NCBI GenBank assembly: GCA_030690755.1
Contig: JAUYGA010000030.1
Coordinates: 1 to 32,000 of the forward strand
Direction of reading: 5' to 3'
Source: Nanobdellota archaeon
Lineage (GTDB): Archaea; Nanobdellota; Nanobdellia; Woesearchaeales; JAUYGA01
Length of the DNA: 32,000 bases
Below are positions 7,363 through 15,437 of the stretch, in pieces. Each line of letters starts with the position of its first letter. Positions within the stretch are counted from its first letter, which is position 1. The position numbers were made by a program, and so were the translations under genes. Under the pieces are notes generated by a model. It did no database searches. It worked only from the letters and a program-made list of their open reading frames with translations, and was not told the origin of the DNA.

Positions 7363-8397
7363 ATGGTAAAAAACCCAGAAACTCCAGAGAACCGAGAAAA
7401 ACCAGACTCTGTGCCGCAGCATATGTGGGATAGATTTAAAGACGATCCTGAGATTGGTCCAATTTGGGCAAAAAAACGCGCTCAAGAGAATAGAATGAAG
7501 AGCAGTAATCTTGGTAGTATGATTTCAGCAATGGCTGGAAGTATGCTTGGCATAAATCTAGATGAAGAGTCTGTTAACATAGATTCAGACGGTCTTCAAA
7601 CGAAAATTGCAGAATATGATTTTAATAAATTATCGCAGATGAGGGAATTATATGTGAAAATATCCTCAGAAAAGAGCAAGTATGATCAGCTTGCAAGCGT
7701 TCACAAAGCAGGAAATATTCAATCTTCTGATAAACGCGACCAAACTAAACAGGATAAGCTTGTCTTCTATATTGGCATGTATGCATATTCCCTCAGCATG
7801 AAATTTAACAGCTTAGCTGATTTATTAAAGACCACTTATGATGCCGAAGAGTTCGGCAAAGAGCTTAACGAGAAAGTCGATGCAATTATTGGGTTCTCAG
7901 AGCAATCATATAAATTCATAAATCAAAGTAATAATTTGATGGATTATCTTTACAATCAACCAGTCAAGTTAGACAAAATTGATGTGGCTGAGTCGGAAAA
8001 GAAAGAACATAGACGTGTTTTCAAAGAGCTTCCTATGAAGAAAAGCGAGGCCGGATTTCTGCTTAGCGATAATAGGAAAGTTCTAGAGAGCATACAGATA
8101 AATAAGATCTTGATGAATGTCTATGATGCAATCAGTTCAGCTATCAATGGGCGGGCTGAGGAGTCATTCAACTATTTGAAACTTTCACAGAAAGGAGCGG
8201 CAGCTTATATAGAATCTAGTAAGATGATATTTAAAACTAAAGAGCAGATGACAATCGCGAATAGCACGATGCTACCTATTGCGCAATATCTGCTTGACAG
8301 CGTGGATCTGATTAATGGCTCAATACCTGCAACCCCAACAAAATACACCCGATTAAGAGTTGCATGTTCGGATGTTGTAAGGCAGCTGGCTCAATAA
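7363..8397 (+). CDS. hypothetical protein (344 aa)
   Basis: This is a long ORF co-directional with the CYTH gene and 63 bp downstream of it. I recognise no motif. Confidence 0.5.
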   Translation: MVKNPETPENREKPDSVPQHMWDRFKDDPEIGPIWAKKRAQENRMKSSNLGSMISAMAGSMLGINLDEESVNIDSDGLQTKIAEYDFNKLSQMRELYVKISSEKSKYDQLASVHKAGNIQSSDKRDQTKQDKLVFYIGMYAYSLSMKFNSLADLLKTTYDAEEFGKELNEKVDAIIGFSEQSYKFINQSNNLMDYLYNQPVKLDKIDVAESEKKEHRRVFKELPMKKSEAGFLLSDNRKVLESIQINKILMNVYDAISSAINGRAEESFNYLKLSQKGAAAYIESSKMIFKTKEQMTIANSTMLPIAQYLLDSVDLINGSIPATPTKYTRLRVACSDVVRQLAQ

Positions 8398-8431
8398 AAA
8401 ACATTGTTTGATTATTATTCTAATTTTTTGC

Positions 8432-8944
8432 TTATTTTTCAATCCCTTTTTCAAGCGCAATCTTCCATTCGTCATTGACAAAATCTTTTTTATTTATGAG
8501 CGCTTTCAGTTCTTTTCTGCTAAACCATTTCCCTTCTGAAACATCCTCTTTATTTACATTGATTGGTCCGTCATAGTCCATCCTAAAAATGCGGACATGT
8601 TTTATCCAGCCAGAAACATCATGGATGAAATGCGCAACTTCTTCTAGGTTTTTTGCAGGAACATTTATCTCTTCTTTTAGTTCGCGCTTTGCCGCTTCTT
8701 CATATGATTCGCCAGCCATCGCATGTCCGCCGGCAGAAGTGCACCAATGCCCTGGAAGATATTTCAGTTTCTCAGACCTTTTTTGAAGAAAGATTTCTCC
8801 TTTTTTGTTAAACACCAGAACATGGACGATTCTATGGCTTAACTTTTTTCCATAGATTTCATGCTTAGGAACAGAGTAAAGCACTTTGTCATTCTCGTCA
8901 ACAACGTCGCGGTATTCCATTTTTTGAGTTTTCTGTTTTATCAT
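8432..8944 (-). CDS. Nudix hydrolase (IDI-like N-terminal region)
   Basis: It has a Nudix box (GGHAMAGESYEEAAKRELKEEINV). It is a paralog of the ORF at 12629-13147. Confidence 0.8.
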   Translation of the reverse strand: MIKQKTQKMEYRDVVDENDKVLYSVPKHEIYGKKLSHRIVHVLVFNKKGEIFLQKRSEKLKYLPGHWCTSAGGHAMAGESYEEAAKRELKEEINVPAKNLEEVAHFIHDVSGWIKHVRIFRMDYDGPINVNKEDVSEGKWFSRKELKALINKKDFVNDEWKIALEKGIEK

Positions 8945-9228
8945 GCCAACAAAAACACAAATATTATATATTCCTTATGTTTTCTACATTGTTATGAGAT
9001 ACAAAAGTGATTGTCGGTGGCAATGAATTTCTTAGTTTGTTAGATTTGAGTAGATTAAAATTCTTTAAAATTTCTTCTGGATTTTGGTGTTAGATTTTTC
9101 TATGAACTTTTTGGATTATTGAATATTGTTTGATTTGTTGTTTGAAGTTGTAATTTAGTTTAAGCTTAGCTGGAGCTATATCGAAAAGTCAATGTTGAAA
9201 AATCAATGAGACTTAAAACTAGGAGGAA

Positions 9229-10047
9229 ATGAAAATGGAAAAAATAAAAATATCAGATGTTATAAAAGAAGTGGAGAAACATGCTCCCCCTTTGGACTGC
9301 GAACCATATGCTTTTTATGGCGCAGACAGAGAGTATACGAATGGTGTTGCTGTGTGTGTCGACCCTGCAATTGAGGTCATGAAGGAAGCAAAAGAAAGGG
9401 AAATGGGTATGATTGTTGCGCACCATTATCCATCCAACAGGTCAGCAAAATATGCTGCAGAAAATGGGCTGTATTTAATGGTTGTGCATCTGGCCCAGGA
9501 TGCTGCTTCCGAAGGCAACATAGATTGTTTTGCCAAACTTATCGGCGTTAAAAACATAGAGCCGTTTACAATAAGGTATAAAAAAATGATTGTGCCGCAT
9601 GGAGCAGTAACAGGAGACTTTGGTCGCTATTTCAGTCTGAACGGTTTTTTGGATTATGTGTTCAGTCCTGCCGAAATGAAAAGCGCAAAAAATCCATGTC
9701 GGCTAAGAGAGGACATATCTGACGCCATGAGGAGTTATGATTTGATGCCCAGGATAAAGATATTTGAACCGAAGAACGCGCGCAAGGAAATAAAAAGAGT
9801 GGGTGTCTCCACAGGCGCGGCGATTAAGCCGGAGTTCCTTGAGCAGATTGCGGCAAAAAATATTGACGCATATATTGCTGCAGAGATGGAGCAGCCGGCA
9901 GTGATGGTTGCAGAGGAGTTGGGAATAGTCCTTGTGGATGCAGGCCATTATGAGACAGAAGTGCCTGGCATGGTGAAGCTTTCCATGAAGATTGGAAGGA
10001 TTCAGATGGGCGCGATGTTTATACCAAATAAATATAATTTTAGGTAG
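9229..10047 (+). CDS. NIF3-family dinuclear metal-centre protein
   Basis: It has IVAHHYPS, HLAQDAASEGN and C-terminal DAGHYETE motifs. An AGGAGG lies upstream of the ATG. Confidence 0.75.
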   Translation: MKMEKIKISDVIKEVEKHAPPLDCEPYAFYGADREYTNGVAVCVDPAIEVMKEAKEREMGMIVAHHYPSNRSAKYAAENGLYLMVVHLAQDAASEGNIDCFAKLIGVKNIEPFTIRYKKMIVPHGAVTGDFGRYFSLNGFLDYVFSPAEMKSAKNPCRLREDISDAMRSYDLMPRIKIFEPKNARKEIKRVGVSTGAAIKPEFLEQIAAKNIDAYIAAEMEQPAVMVAEELGIVLVDAGHYETEVPGMVKLSMKIGRIQMGAMFIPNKYNFR

Positions 10048-10100
10048 TGTCTGTTAAGAACTATTTTTTTATTTTTCTTTATTTTTTTACAATTCAATTC

Positions 10101-11108
10101 TTATTCTGCAGTCGTTTTAAAGTAATTCATGCAATCATTAATTATTTCTTTGTATTCTTTAACTTCCTCTTTTAAAATGTTGACTCCTCTTTGGCTGATT
10201 TTTGCGTCAAGGTTTCTTATCTTAACTAAAGTATCATGATCATTATTTAATAATTCATCAAGAATGCCGAAAAGATTGTTTTTTTCTATGGCTTCTTTGT
10301 TATTATCATAAAGATTTTTTGCAATTCCAGATATGATTGCTTTTGAGTCATTTAAATCAGCAGTTTTTAGCAGATTGTCTAGATTGTAAACTTTCTTTCT
10401 CAGCTCTTCTGTTTCCTTTTCAATGAGGTGTAGGGGTCCTGGTATGTAATCAAGTTCTATCATTGCAGCACTTCCCTTGATGGTATGGTACATTTTTTCA
10501 AGTTCTCTGGTCTTTTCCACAAGTTCTGTGAAGAATGAATAATTTTGCCTGTTTTCTATTTTGATTAAATCTAAGGTTTTACTTTTGGCATTGACATCTT
10601 TGTTCAGGCTGTTTTTTATTGTTTCAACTGTGTTTTCTGTATCTTCAGCGCATTTTACGATATGAACATATTGAAATCTTTTTGCTGTATCCTGCGCCTT
10701 TTCTTTGTCTGTTGATGCCACCACTTTATTGAATCCGATGCCATATGTTCCTATAATTGATTCATAGTTCTTCAGCGAGAAAGCTTCGTCTCCCCACGAG
10801 CTTTTTTGGAATTCGCTGATTAGGGATTCTTGTCCTAACAGTTGGTTATGCAGTTCTGCTTGTTTGAATGTTGTAATACTTTGGTCAAGTATCGAGAGAA
10901 GGCTCGGGCCGTCAAAAGCAGGCATTTCGACATCGCTTACAATCAGCGAGTAAAGATTGTTTTCTTCAATTGATTTGTCTAGTTCCTTAAGAGCTTTTAA
11001 ACCATCTCGCGCAATGACTATTTCAAATTCATTCTTCAGCTCTCTGACAATAGCTTCTATCTGACTTTCATGGTCTTCAACAAAAAGTATTCTTTGTTTC
11101 ATAACCAC
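10101..11108 (-). CDS. response-regulator receiver (REC) domain fused to a C-terminal HPt phosphotransfer domain
   Basis: The N-terminal ILFVEDHE...LIVSDVEMPAFDG segment fits a REC acidic pocket and phospho-acceptor Asp. The C-terminal HTIKGSAAMIELDY matches the HPt HxxKGSA motif. Confidence 0.7.
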   Translation of the reverse strand: MVMKQRILFVEDHESQIEAIVRELKNEFEIVIARDGLKALKELDKSIEENNLYSLIVSDVEMPAFDGPSLLSILDQSITTFKQAELHNQLLGQESLISEFQKSSWGDEAFSLKNYESIIGTYGIGFNKVVASTDKEKAQDTAKRFQYVHIVKCAEDTENTVETIKNSLNKDVNAKSKTLDLIKIENRQNYSFFTELVEKTRELEKMYHTIKGSAAMIELDYIPGPLHLIEKETEELRKKVYNLDNLLKTADLNDSKAIISGIAKNLYDNNKEAIEKNNLFGILDELLNNDHDTLVKIRNLDAKISQRGVNILKEEVKEYKEIINDCMNYFKTTAE

Positions 11109-11157
11109 TGGAGAATGGGTGTTTTTTATAAAACTTGCTTATTTTTTTGTTTTCTTT

Positions 11158-12432
11158 CTATTCTTTTTCCCAGTCGACTTTCAAGAAGTGTGTTGCGCAG
11201 CTGATGCAAGGGTCATATGCTCTGATGAGTTTCTCTATCTCTAGAATAACTTGCTCTTTTGGCTTGTCAAGGATTGTCGGCAGGAATGCTGCAATATTTT
11301 CTTCTATATTTTGAAGGTTTTGTGTTGTCGGAGTTGTTATATTGCATGATGAGCAGAAGCCTTTTTCATCAATCGCGTATTTGTGGAACAATATTCCGCG
11401 AGGAGCTTCTGTTGCAGCTATTCCGATTCCAGGTTTTGGGATTATTTCAACAGGCTTTTCATCTTTCAGATCCAAACTCTCGAGAATCTCTATGCTTCGC
11501 TTTATGCCTTCCTGTATTTCGACTGCCTGCGAAAGATTGTTTATGAACGGCGAATATTTGTTTTTCTTGATGAAGTTTTGGTATTTTTGCGTATCCTGGC
11601 TTAGCAAACCATGATTGTTTATTATCCTTGCAACAGCTCCAACCATATAGCTTTTGCCTGTTTCTTTTGATGCAAATTCTGCTGTTGAACCTTCTCTGAA
11701 ATATTCTTTGAAATGCTGTTCATATGTCTCGACAGGAATGCATTTATCTCCCAAACAGTTTATGTGGTCATGGGAATAAAAGTAATTGTTTCCTGTCAGC
11801 GCAAAATATTCTTTGAATTTCTCAAACTTCGGAATTTCTAAATTATAGAATAATTCAGATGTTTTTTCTGCGTCTAGCTGTATGACTCGCAAATCATTTA
11901 TTAGTTTTTTCACGCATTCTTTTGTAGGTATCCTTGAAAATCCTCCGAGGATGGAAGCGACAGGATGGATGTCTCGTCCGCCGATAATATTGACCATATT
12001 ATTGCCTGCTCTTTTAATCCGCAGAGCAGTCATGATTTCATTCTTTTTGTCTTTTGCCATCCTTAAGGCGTTTTCATATCCGAGAAAGTCCGGAAGCGCG
12101 AGGAAGTATAGGTGGAGTATGTGACTTTGAATCATTCCGCCGATAATCAGAAGTTCTCTCAGCTTGTTTGTCTGTTCAGTCGGTTGAACTCCAAAACATT
12201 TTTCTACAGCAAGAACAGATGTTGTTGCGTGAACAGGCGAACATATCCCGCAAATTCTTGAGCTTATTGGCGAGAGATCATTGTATTTCTTGTCTTTAAG
12301 TATTCCTTCAAAATATCTTGAGCCTTCAAATATCTGAAGCTTGACCTTCTCAACCTGGCCTTTCTTGACCTTAATTCTAAGTCTTGCATGGCCCTCTATT
12401 TTTGTCAGATGATCTAAATTTATGGTTGTCAT
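11158..12432 (-). CDS. [NiFe]-hydrogenase large (alpha) subunit, group 3-type
   Basis: It has the N-terminal RICGICSPVH (RxCGxCxxxH) and C-terminal DPCISCATH (DPCxxCxxH) Ni-Fe ligand motifs. The size of 424 aa is typical of cytosolic group 3 enzymes. Confidence 0.85.
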   Translation of the reverse strand: MTTINLDHLTKIEGHARLRIKVKKGQVEKVKLQIFEGSRYFEGILKDKKYNDLSPISSRICGICSPVHATTSVLAVEKCFGVQPTEQTNKLRELLIIGGMIQSHILHLYFLALPDFLGYENALRMAKDKKNEIMTALRIKRAGNNMVNIIGGRDIHPVASILGGFSRIPTKECVKKLINDLRVIQLDAEKTSELFYNLEIPKFEKFKEYFALTGNNYFYSHDHINCLGDKCIPVETYEQHFKEYFREGSTAEFASKETGKSYMVGAVARIINNHGLLSQDTQKYQNFIKKNKYSPFINNLSQAVEIQEGIKRSIEILESLDLKDEKPVEIIPKPGIGIAATEAPRGILFHKYAIDEKGFCSSCNITTPTTQNLQNIEENIAAFLPTILDKPKEQVILEIEKLIRAYDPCISCATHFLKVDWEKE

Positions 12433-12449
12433 ATTAATTTCTCGTTATG

Positions 12450-12461
12450 GTTTTATATTTT
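12450..12461 (-). promoter_or_regulatory. TATA-like box for the hydrogenase large-subunit gene
   Basis: The minus strand reads caaaaatataaaacc, centred about 24 nt upstream of the ATG at 12432. This is consistent with a short-leader or leaderless archaeal transcript. Confidence 0.35.
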
Positions 12462-12468
12462 TGTTCAT

Positions 12469-12613
12469 GCGGCGGCAACAACAATGGCGGTACGACGGTC
12501 AAAATCTGCTGATTTTGTCCTGCTCGGTGCTCAAACGAAGTTTGGCATCACGCTCACTTTGTTCGGTGACATCCCATAAGGATTCTGCCTCGCCGTGCGC
12601 CGTTGTTGCCGCC
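12469..12613 (+). ncRNA. GC-rich structured element, copy A (unclassified family; strand assignment tentative)
   Basis: A 12-bp perfect terminal stem pairs GGCGGCAACAAC (12471-12482) with GTTGTTGCCGCC (12602-12613). Internal hairpins are 12497-12520 and 12571-12583. The element is homologous to 20003-20104 and, in reverse complement, to 20140-20219. Confidence 0.6.
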
Positions 12614-12628
12614 TAGTTTGTTATTTAT

Positions 12629-13147
12629 TCAGATTGTGCCTTCTTTTAGCATTTCTTTGAACATATCAACGCTGGGATAGTGGACTTTTTTGTCTTTTAG
12701 GAATTCATCAAGGTTTTCTTTTGATACGAACGCGGTATCTGCGACTTCAGACTCTTGCAGGACAAATTGGCCGTCTCTTCTTGTGTGGCCTGTTAGGAAT
12801 ATGTATGTGAATAATCTTTCTTTTTCATTTTCAATATATCTCTTGTTGATATATGTTAATTGGGGGTTTTTTATTCCCAGTTCCTCGCTAACTTCTCTCT
12901 TTGCAGCATCAATTGGCTCTTCTCCATAGGTAAGGCCGCCTCCGACGCCAATCTCCCAGCAGTCTGGAAACATCTTTTTTTCTTTTGTCCTCTTCAGGAA
13001 AAGATATTCTCCTTTTTCATTTTTCACAATAATTCTTAGTCCCCTGAATATCAATCTCTTTTGGAATGCTATGCTTCTTTCTTCTTTCCCAATCACCTTG
13101 TCGTTTTCGTCAACAATCACAAAATATTCTTTTGTTTCAGTTTTCAT
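12629..13147 (-). CDS. Nudix hydrolase
   Basis: It has a Nudix box (GGGLTYGEEPIDAAKREVSEELGI). The N-terminus (VDENDKVIGKEER) parallels that of the 8432-8944 paralog. Confidence 0.8.
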   Translation of the reverse strand: MKTETKEYFVIVDENDKVIGKEERSIAFQKRLIFRGLRIIVKNEKGEYLFLKRTKEKKMFPDCWEIGVGGGLTYGEEPIDAAKREVSEELGIKNPQLTYINKRYIENEKERLFTYIFLTGHTRRDGQFVLQESEVADTAFVSKENLDEFLKDKKVHYPSVDMFKEMLKEGTI

Positions 13148-13148
13148 T

Positions 13149-13694
13149 TCATCCTTTGTTCAACATTTTTTTTATCTTTTTAAATAACCAATATATTGAG
13201 CATGAGATTAAATAAAAATAATATGTTTGTAGAGGCAGTAAGATTATTAATATTATGGGAAATGATAGGCCCATCATTGATTTAAAAATTATTTCAGAAA
13301 GCCAGATAAGTATAAATGAAGGAAGCAAAAGAATTAAGCAAAAAAGCGTAAATAACTTGCCTGAATTACCATGCCCTATAATTAACCTCAACATTACATA
13401 TGCACCAACGGCGAGACTAATGAGAACTAAAGTTATAGTCATTATCAATTTCGCAATATTAAACTTCAAAAATTCACTTTTTAACCTCTTACGTATTAAG
13501 AATAGACTAAAACCAGGTATGAAAAATAAGATTATTGCCACCATAGAAAAAAGTACTGCTAAGGGCATCATTTCATTTTGATTGTTTATCTTTGATACCA
13601 GAAAAACAGTCAATATCAACAAAACAACTATACTGGCCACCAATCCGATTGCAATCCAGGTTTTTTCTTTTTTCTTTTGCATTTTATTTCTCAA
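13149..13694 (-). CDS. hypothetical multi-pass membrane protein
   Basis: It has several long hydrophobic stretches and is tightly packed in the same-strand gene string. Confidence 0.5.
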   Translation of the reverse strand: MRNKMQKKKEKTWIAIGLVASIVVLLILTVFLVSKINNQNEMMPLAVLFSMVAIILFFIPGFSLFLIRKRLKSEFLKFNIAKLIMTITLVLISLAVGAYVMLRLIIGHGNSGKLFTLFCLILLLPSFILIWLSEIIFKSMMGLSFPIILIILLPLQTYYFYLISCSIYWLFKKIKKMLNKG

Positions 13695-14229
13695 ACCCTA
13701 TTTCTTTTGCTATGCTTTGCATTGCTTTTATTGAGATTTCAAAAAACTTGTCGAATGTCATGCCTGTTTTTTCAATGTCAGCGATTAAATCTCGTCTGAC
13801 AGCAGCTGCGAATGCTGGCGCTTTAAACTTTTTCTTTAAACCGCTTACTTCCATTCCTTCAAGACCTTTTCTCATCAAGCCATAAGAATAAATTAATCCT
13901 GAAATATTATCTGCTGCAGACAATGCATAGTCAAGTTTGCTTTCTCTTTTGACTCCCAGGCCACCTTCATTATGTGATAAAATTGAATTAATAAGCGCTT
14001 CGTCATAACCTTCTTTTCTTAGTATCTCTGCGGTTTTCAGGCCATGGGTCTTTAGGTCTTTTTCAGTCTCAAAATCAAGGTCATGCAAAAGGCCTATTGT
14101 GTACCATTTCTCTTCGTCTTCGTTAAACTCGCGGGCAAGAAAGCGCATTATTGTACCTACCTCGAGGCAATGCATCCTGATTTCATTTGATTTGACGTGT
14201 TCTTCAAAAAGTTCTTTTACTGGTTTCAT
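13684..14229 (-). CDS. HD-domain metal-dependent phosphohydrolase
   Basis: It has H...HD signature residues (MHCLEV...IGLLHDLDFE). Its ends overlap both neighbouring ORFs. Confidence 0.7.
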   Translation of the reverse strand: MKPVKELFEEHVKSNEIRMHCLEVGTIMRFLAREFNEDEEKWYTIGLLHDLDFETEKDLKTHGLKTAEILRKEGYDEALINSILSHNEGGLGVKRESKLDYALSAADNISGLIYSYGLMRKGLEGMEVSGLKKKFKAPAFAAAVRRDLIADIEKTGMTFDKFFEISIKAMQSIAKEIGFEK

Positions 14230-14537
14230 TTTTTGTTTCGTTTATGTTTAATTATGTAGATTGTATATCCTATAATCGCACCCAAGAGAGCATAAAACGC
14301 TGGAGGTGTATATACTGCATACATCGCCCAGCATTCCATAGCATGACATGGAAAAAGAATAGATGAGATAAAACTTGCTGGAAAATAAAAAATGTGATAA
14401 ATTAAGTATGATAACGCACTGTCCTTTAATCTGACAAGGATAAAAAACAATAAACTAAGAAGTACCCCGAATAAAAATCCAACTAATGTTAAAATCCAAA
14501 TTATCTTATTTTTCTTTGTTATTATTCTTTGTTTCAT
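14226..14537 (-). CDS. hypothetical small membrane protein (103 aa)
   Basis: It has three hydrophobic segments and 4-nt overlaps with both neighbouring genes, which suggests translational coupling. Confidence 0.45.
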   Translation of the reverse strand: MKQRIITKKNKIIWILTLVGFLFGVLLSLLFFILVRLKDSALSYLIYHIFYFPASFISSILFPCHAMECWAMYAVYTPPAFYALLGAIIGYTIYIIKHKRNKK

Positions 14538-15412
14538 TTTTTGATATCTGTTTTATTATCAATACTGTCTGTTTTTGTTTCGATTTTCTTTTTCTCTTCA
14601 ATTTTGCAGCACTTCTTTTCTTCCAGAACTTTAAATCTGCTGAGCTTATTTATTATGTCTTGGTGCGTTAAACCAAAATTTTCAAAGAGTTTTATTTCTG
14701 CTGCGAAGTTTGCTGATGGTAATGGTCCTCTGCAGAGTGTGCATGGGAAATTGTCAACAGTGCATATTGCATTGCAGCCGCCATTTGTCAGAGGCCCCAT
14801 GCATTCTATTTTTTTTGTGAGAAAGCAGTCATTTCCGCGCTTGGGACATTGGTTGCATACTGGTCCGTTGAAAGGTTCGCTTTTTTTGTTTTCTGCAAAA
14901 TTGTCAAGGAATCGGACAAATTCGTCCTTTATTATTGGGCATCCTCTGAGGTAATAGTCGACTTTTATGTATTCGTCGATTCCTTTTGTTTCTAAAGAAT
15001 CTTTTAGCATGTGCTGGTTGTATACATATTTTATCAATTGATCATTTTCAATAAAGTTTCTGAGTCCAGGGATTCCACCATGGCATGCGCATGCTCCTAG
15101 AGCTACAACAAATTTTGATTTTTTCCTTATGCGCATTAGTTTTTCGAGTTCTTTTTTTGTTGTTATTGCGCCTTCTATTATTGCGATATCAAAATCAGAT
15201 TCGCGGTTTTTTTCTTTCAGTAGATGGAAGTATTGGACATCGAATTTTGATAAGAGTTCAATCAGATTGTCAAGAAAAAGTATTGTGAATTGGCAGCCCT
15301 GGCAGCATGTGAATGAGAAAAAGCCAAGCTTCGGCTTTCTGCCAGTATTTTCTTCTGGTCTCTTGGTTGACGCATTATTTGCCGCTGCTGATTTTGGTTG
15401 GCGATTCCTCAT
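14534..15412 (-). CDS. [NiFe]-hydrogenase small (delta-type) subunit, group 3-type
   Basis: The motifs FTCCQGCQ, ALGACACHGG, YLRGCP and the C-terminal Cys cluster (CNQCPKRGNDC...GGCNAIC...CTLCRG) follow the sulfhydrogenase delta / MvhG / FrhG pattern. Confidence 0.8.
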   Translation of the reverse strand: MRNRQPKSAAANNASTKRPEENTGRKPKLGFFSFTCCQGCQFTILFLDNLIELLSKFDVQYFHLLKEKNRESDFDIAIIEGAITTKKELEKLMRIRKKSKFVVALGACACHGGIPGLRNFIENDQLIKYVYNQHMLKDSLETKGIDEYIKVDYYLRGCPIIKDEFVRFLDNFAENKKSEPFNGPVCNQCPKRGNDCFLTKKIECMGPLTNGGCNAICTVDNFPCTLCRGPLPSANFAAEIKLFENFGLTHQDIINKLSRFKVLEEKKCCKIEEKKKIETKTDSIDNKTDIKK

Positions 15413-15437
15413 TTTTTTCTATACTCTTATGCTCTTT

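Noticed and set aside
9000-9228. A T/G-rich 230-bp intergenic region upstream of NIF3 with short recurring words (gttagattt occurs twice).
   Set aside because: The repeats are very short and irregular, and no stems or recognisable motifs are present. It is probably ordinary promoter or spacer sequence.
12422-12616. A 64-aa ORF overlapping GC-rich element A.
   Set aside because: It is exactly coextensive with the structured element and lies antisense to the operon direction. It is an artefact of a stop-free GC-rich stretch.
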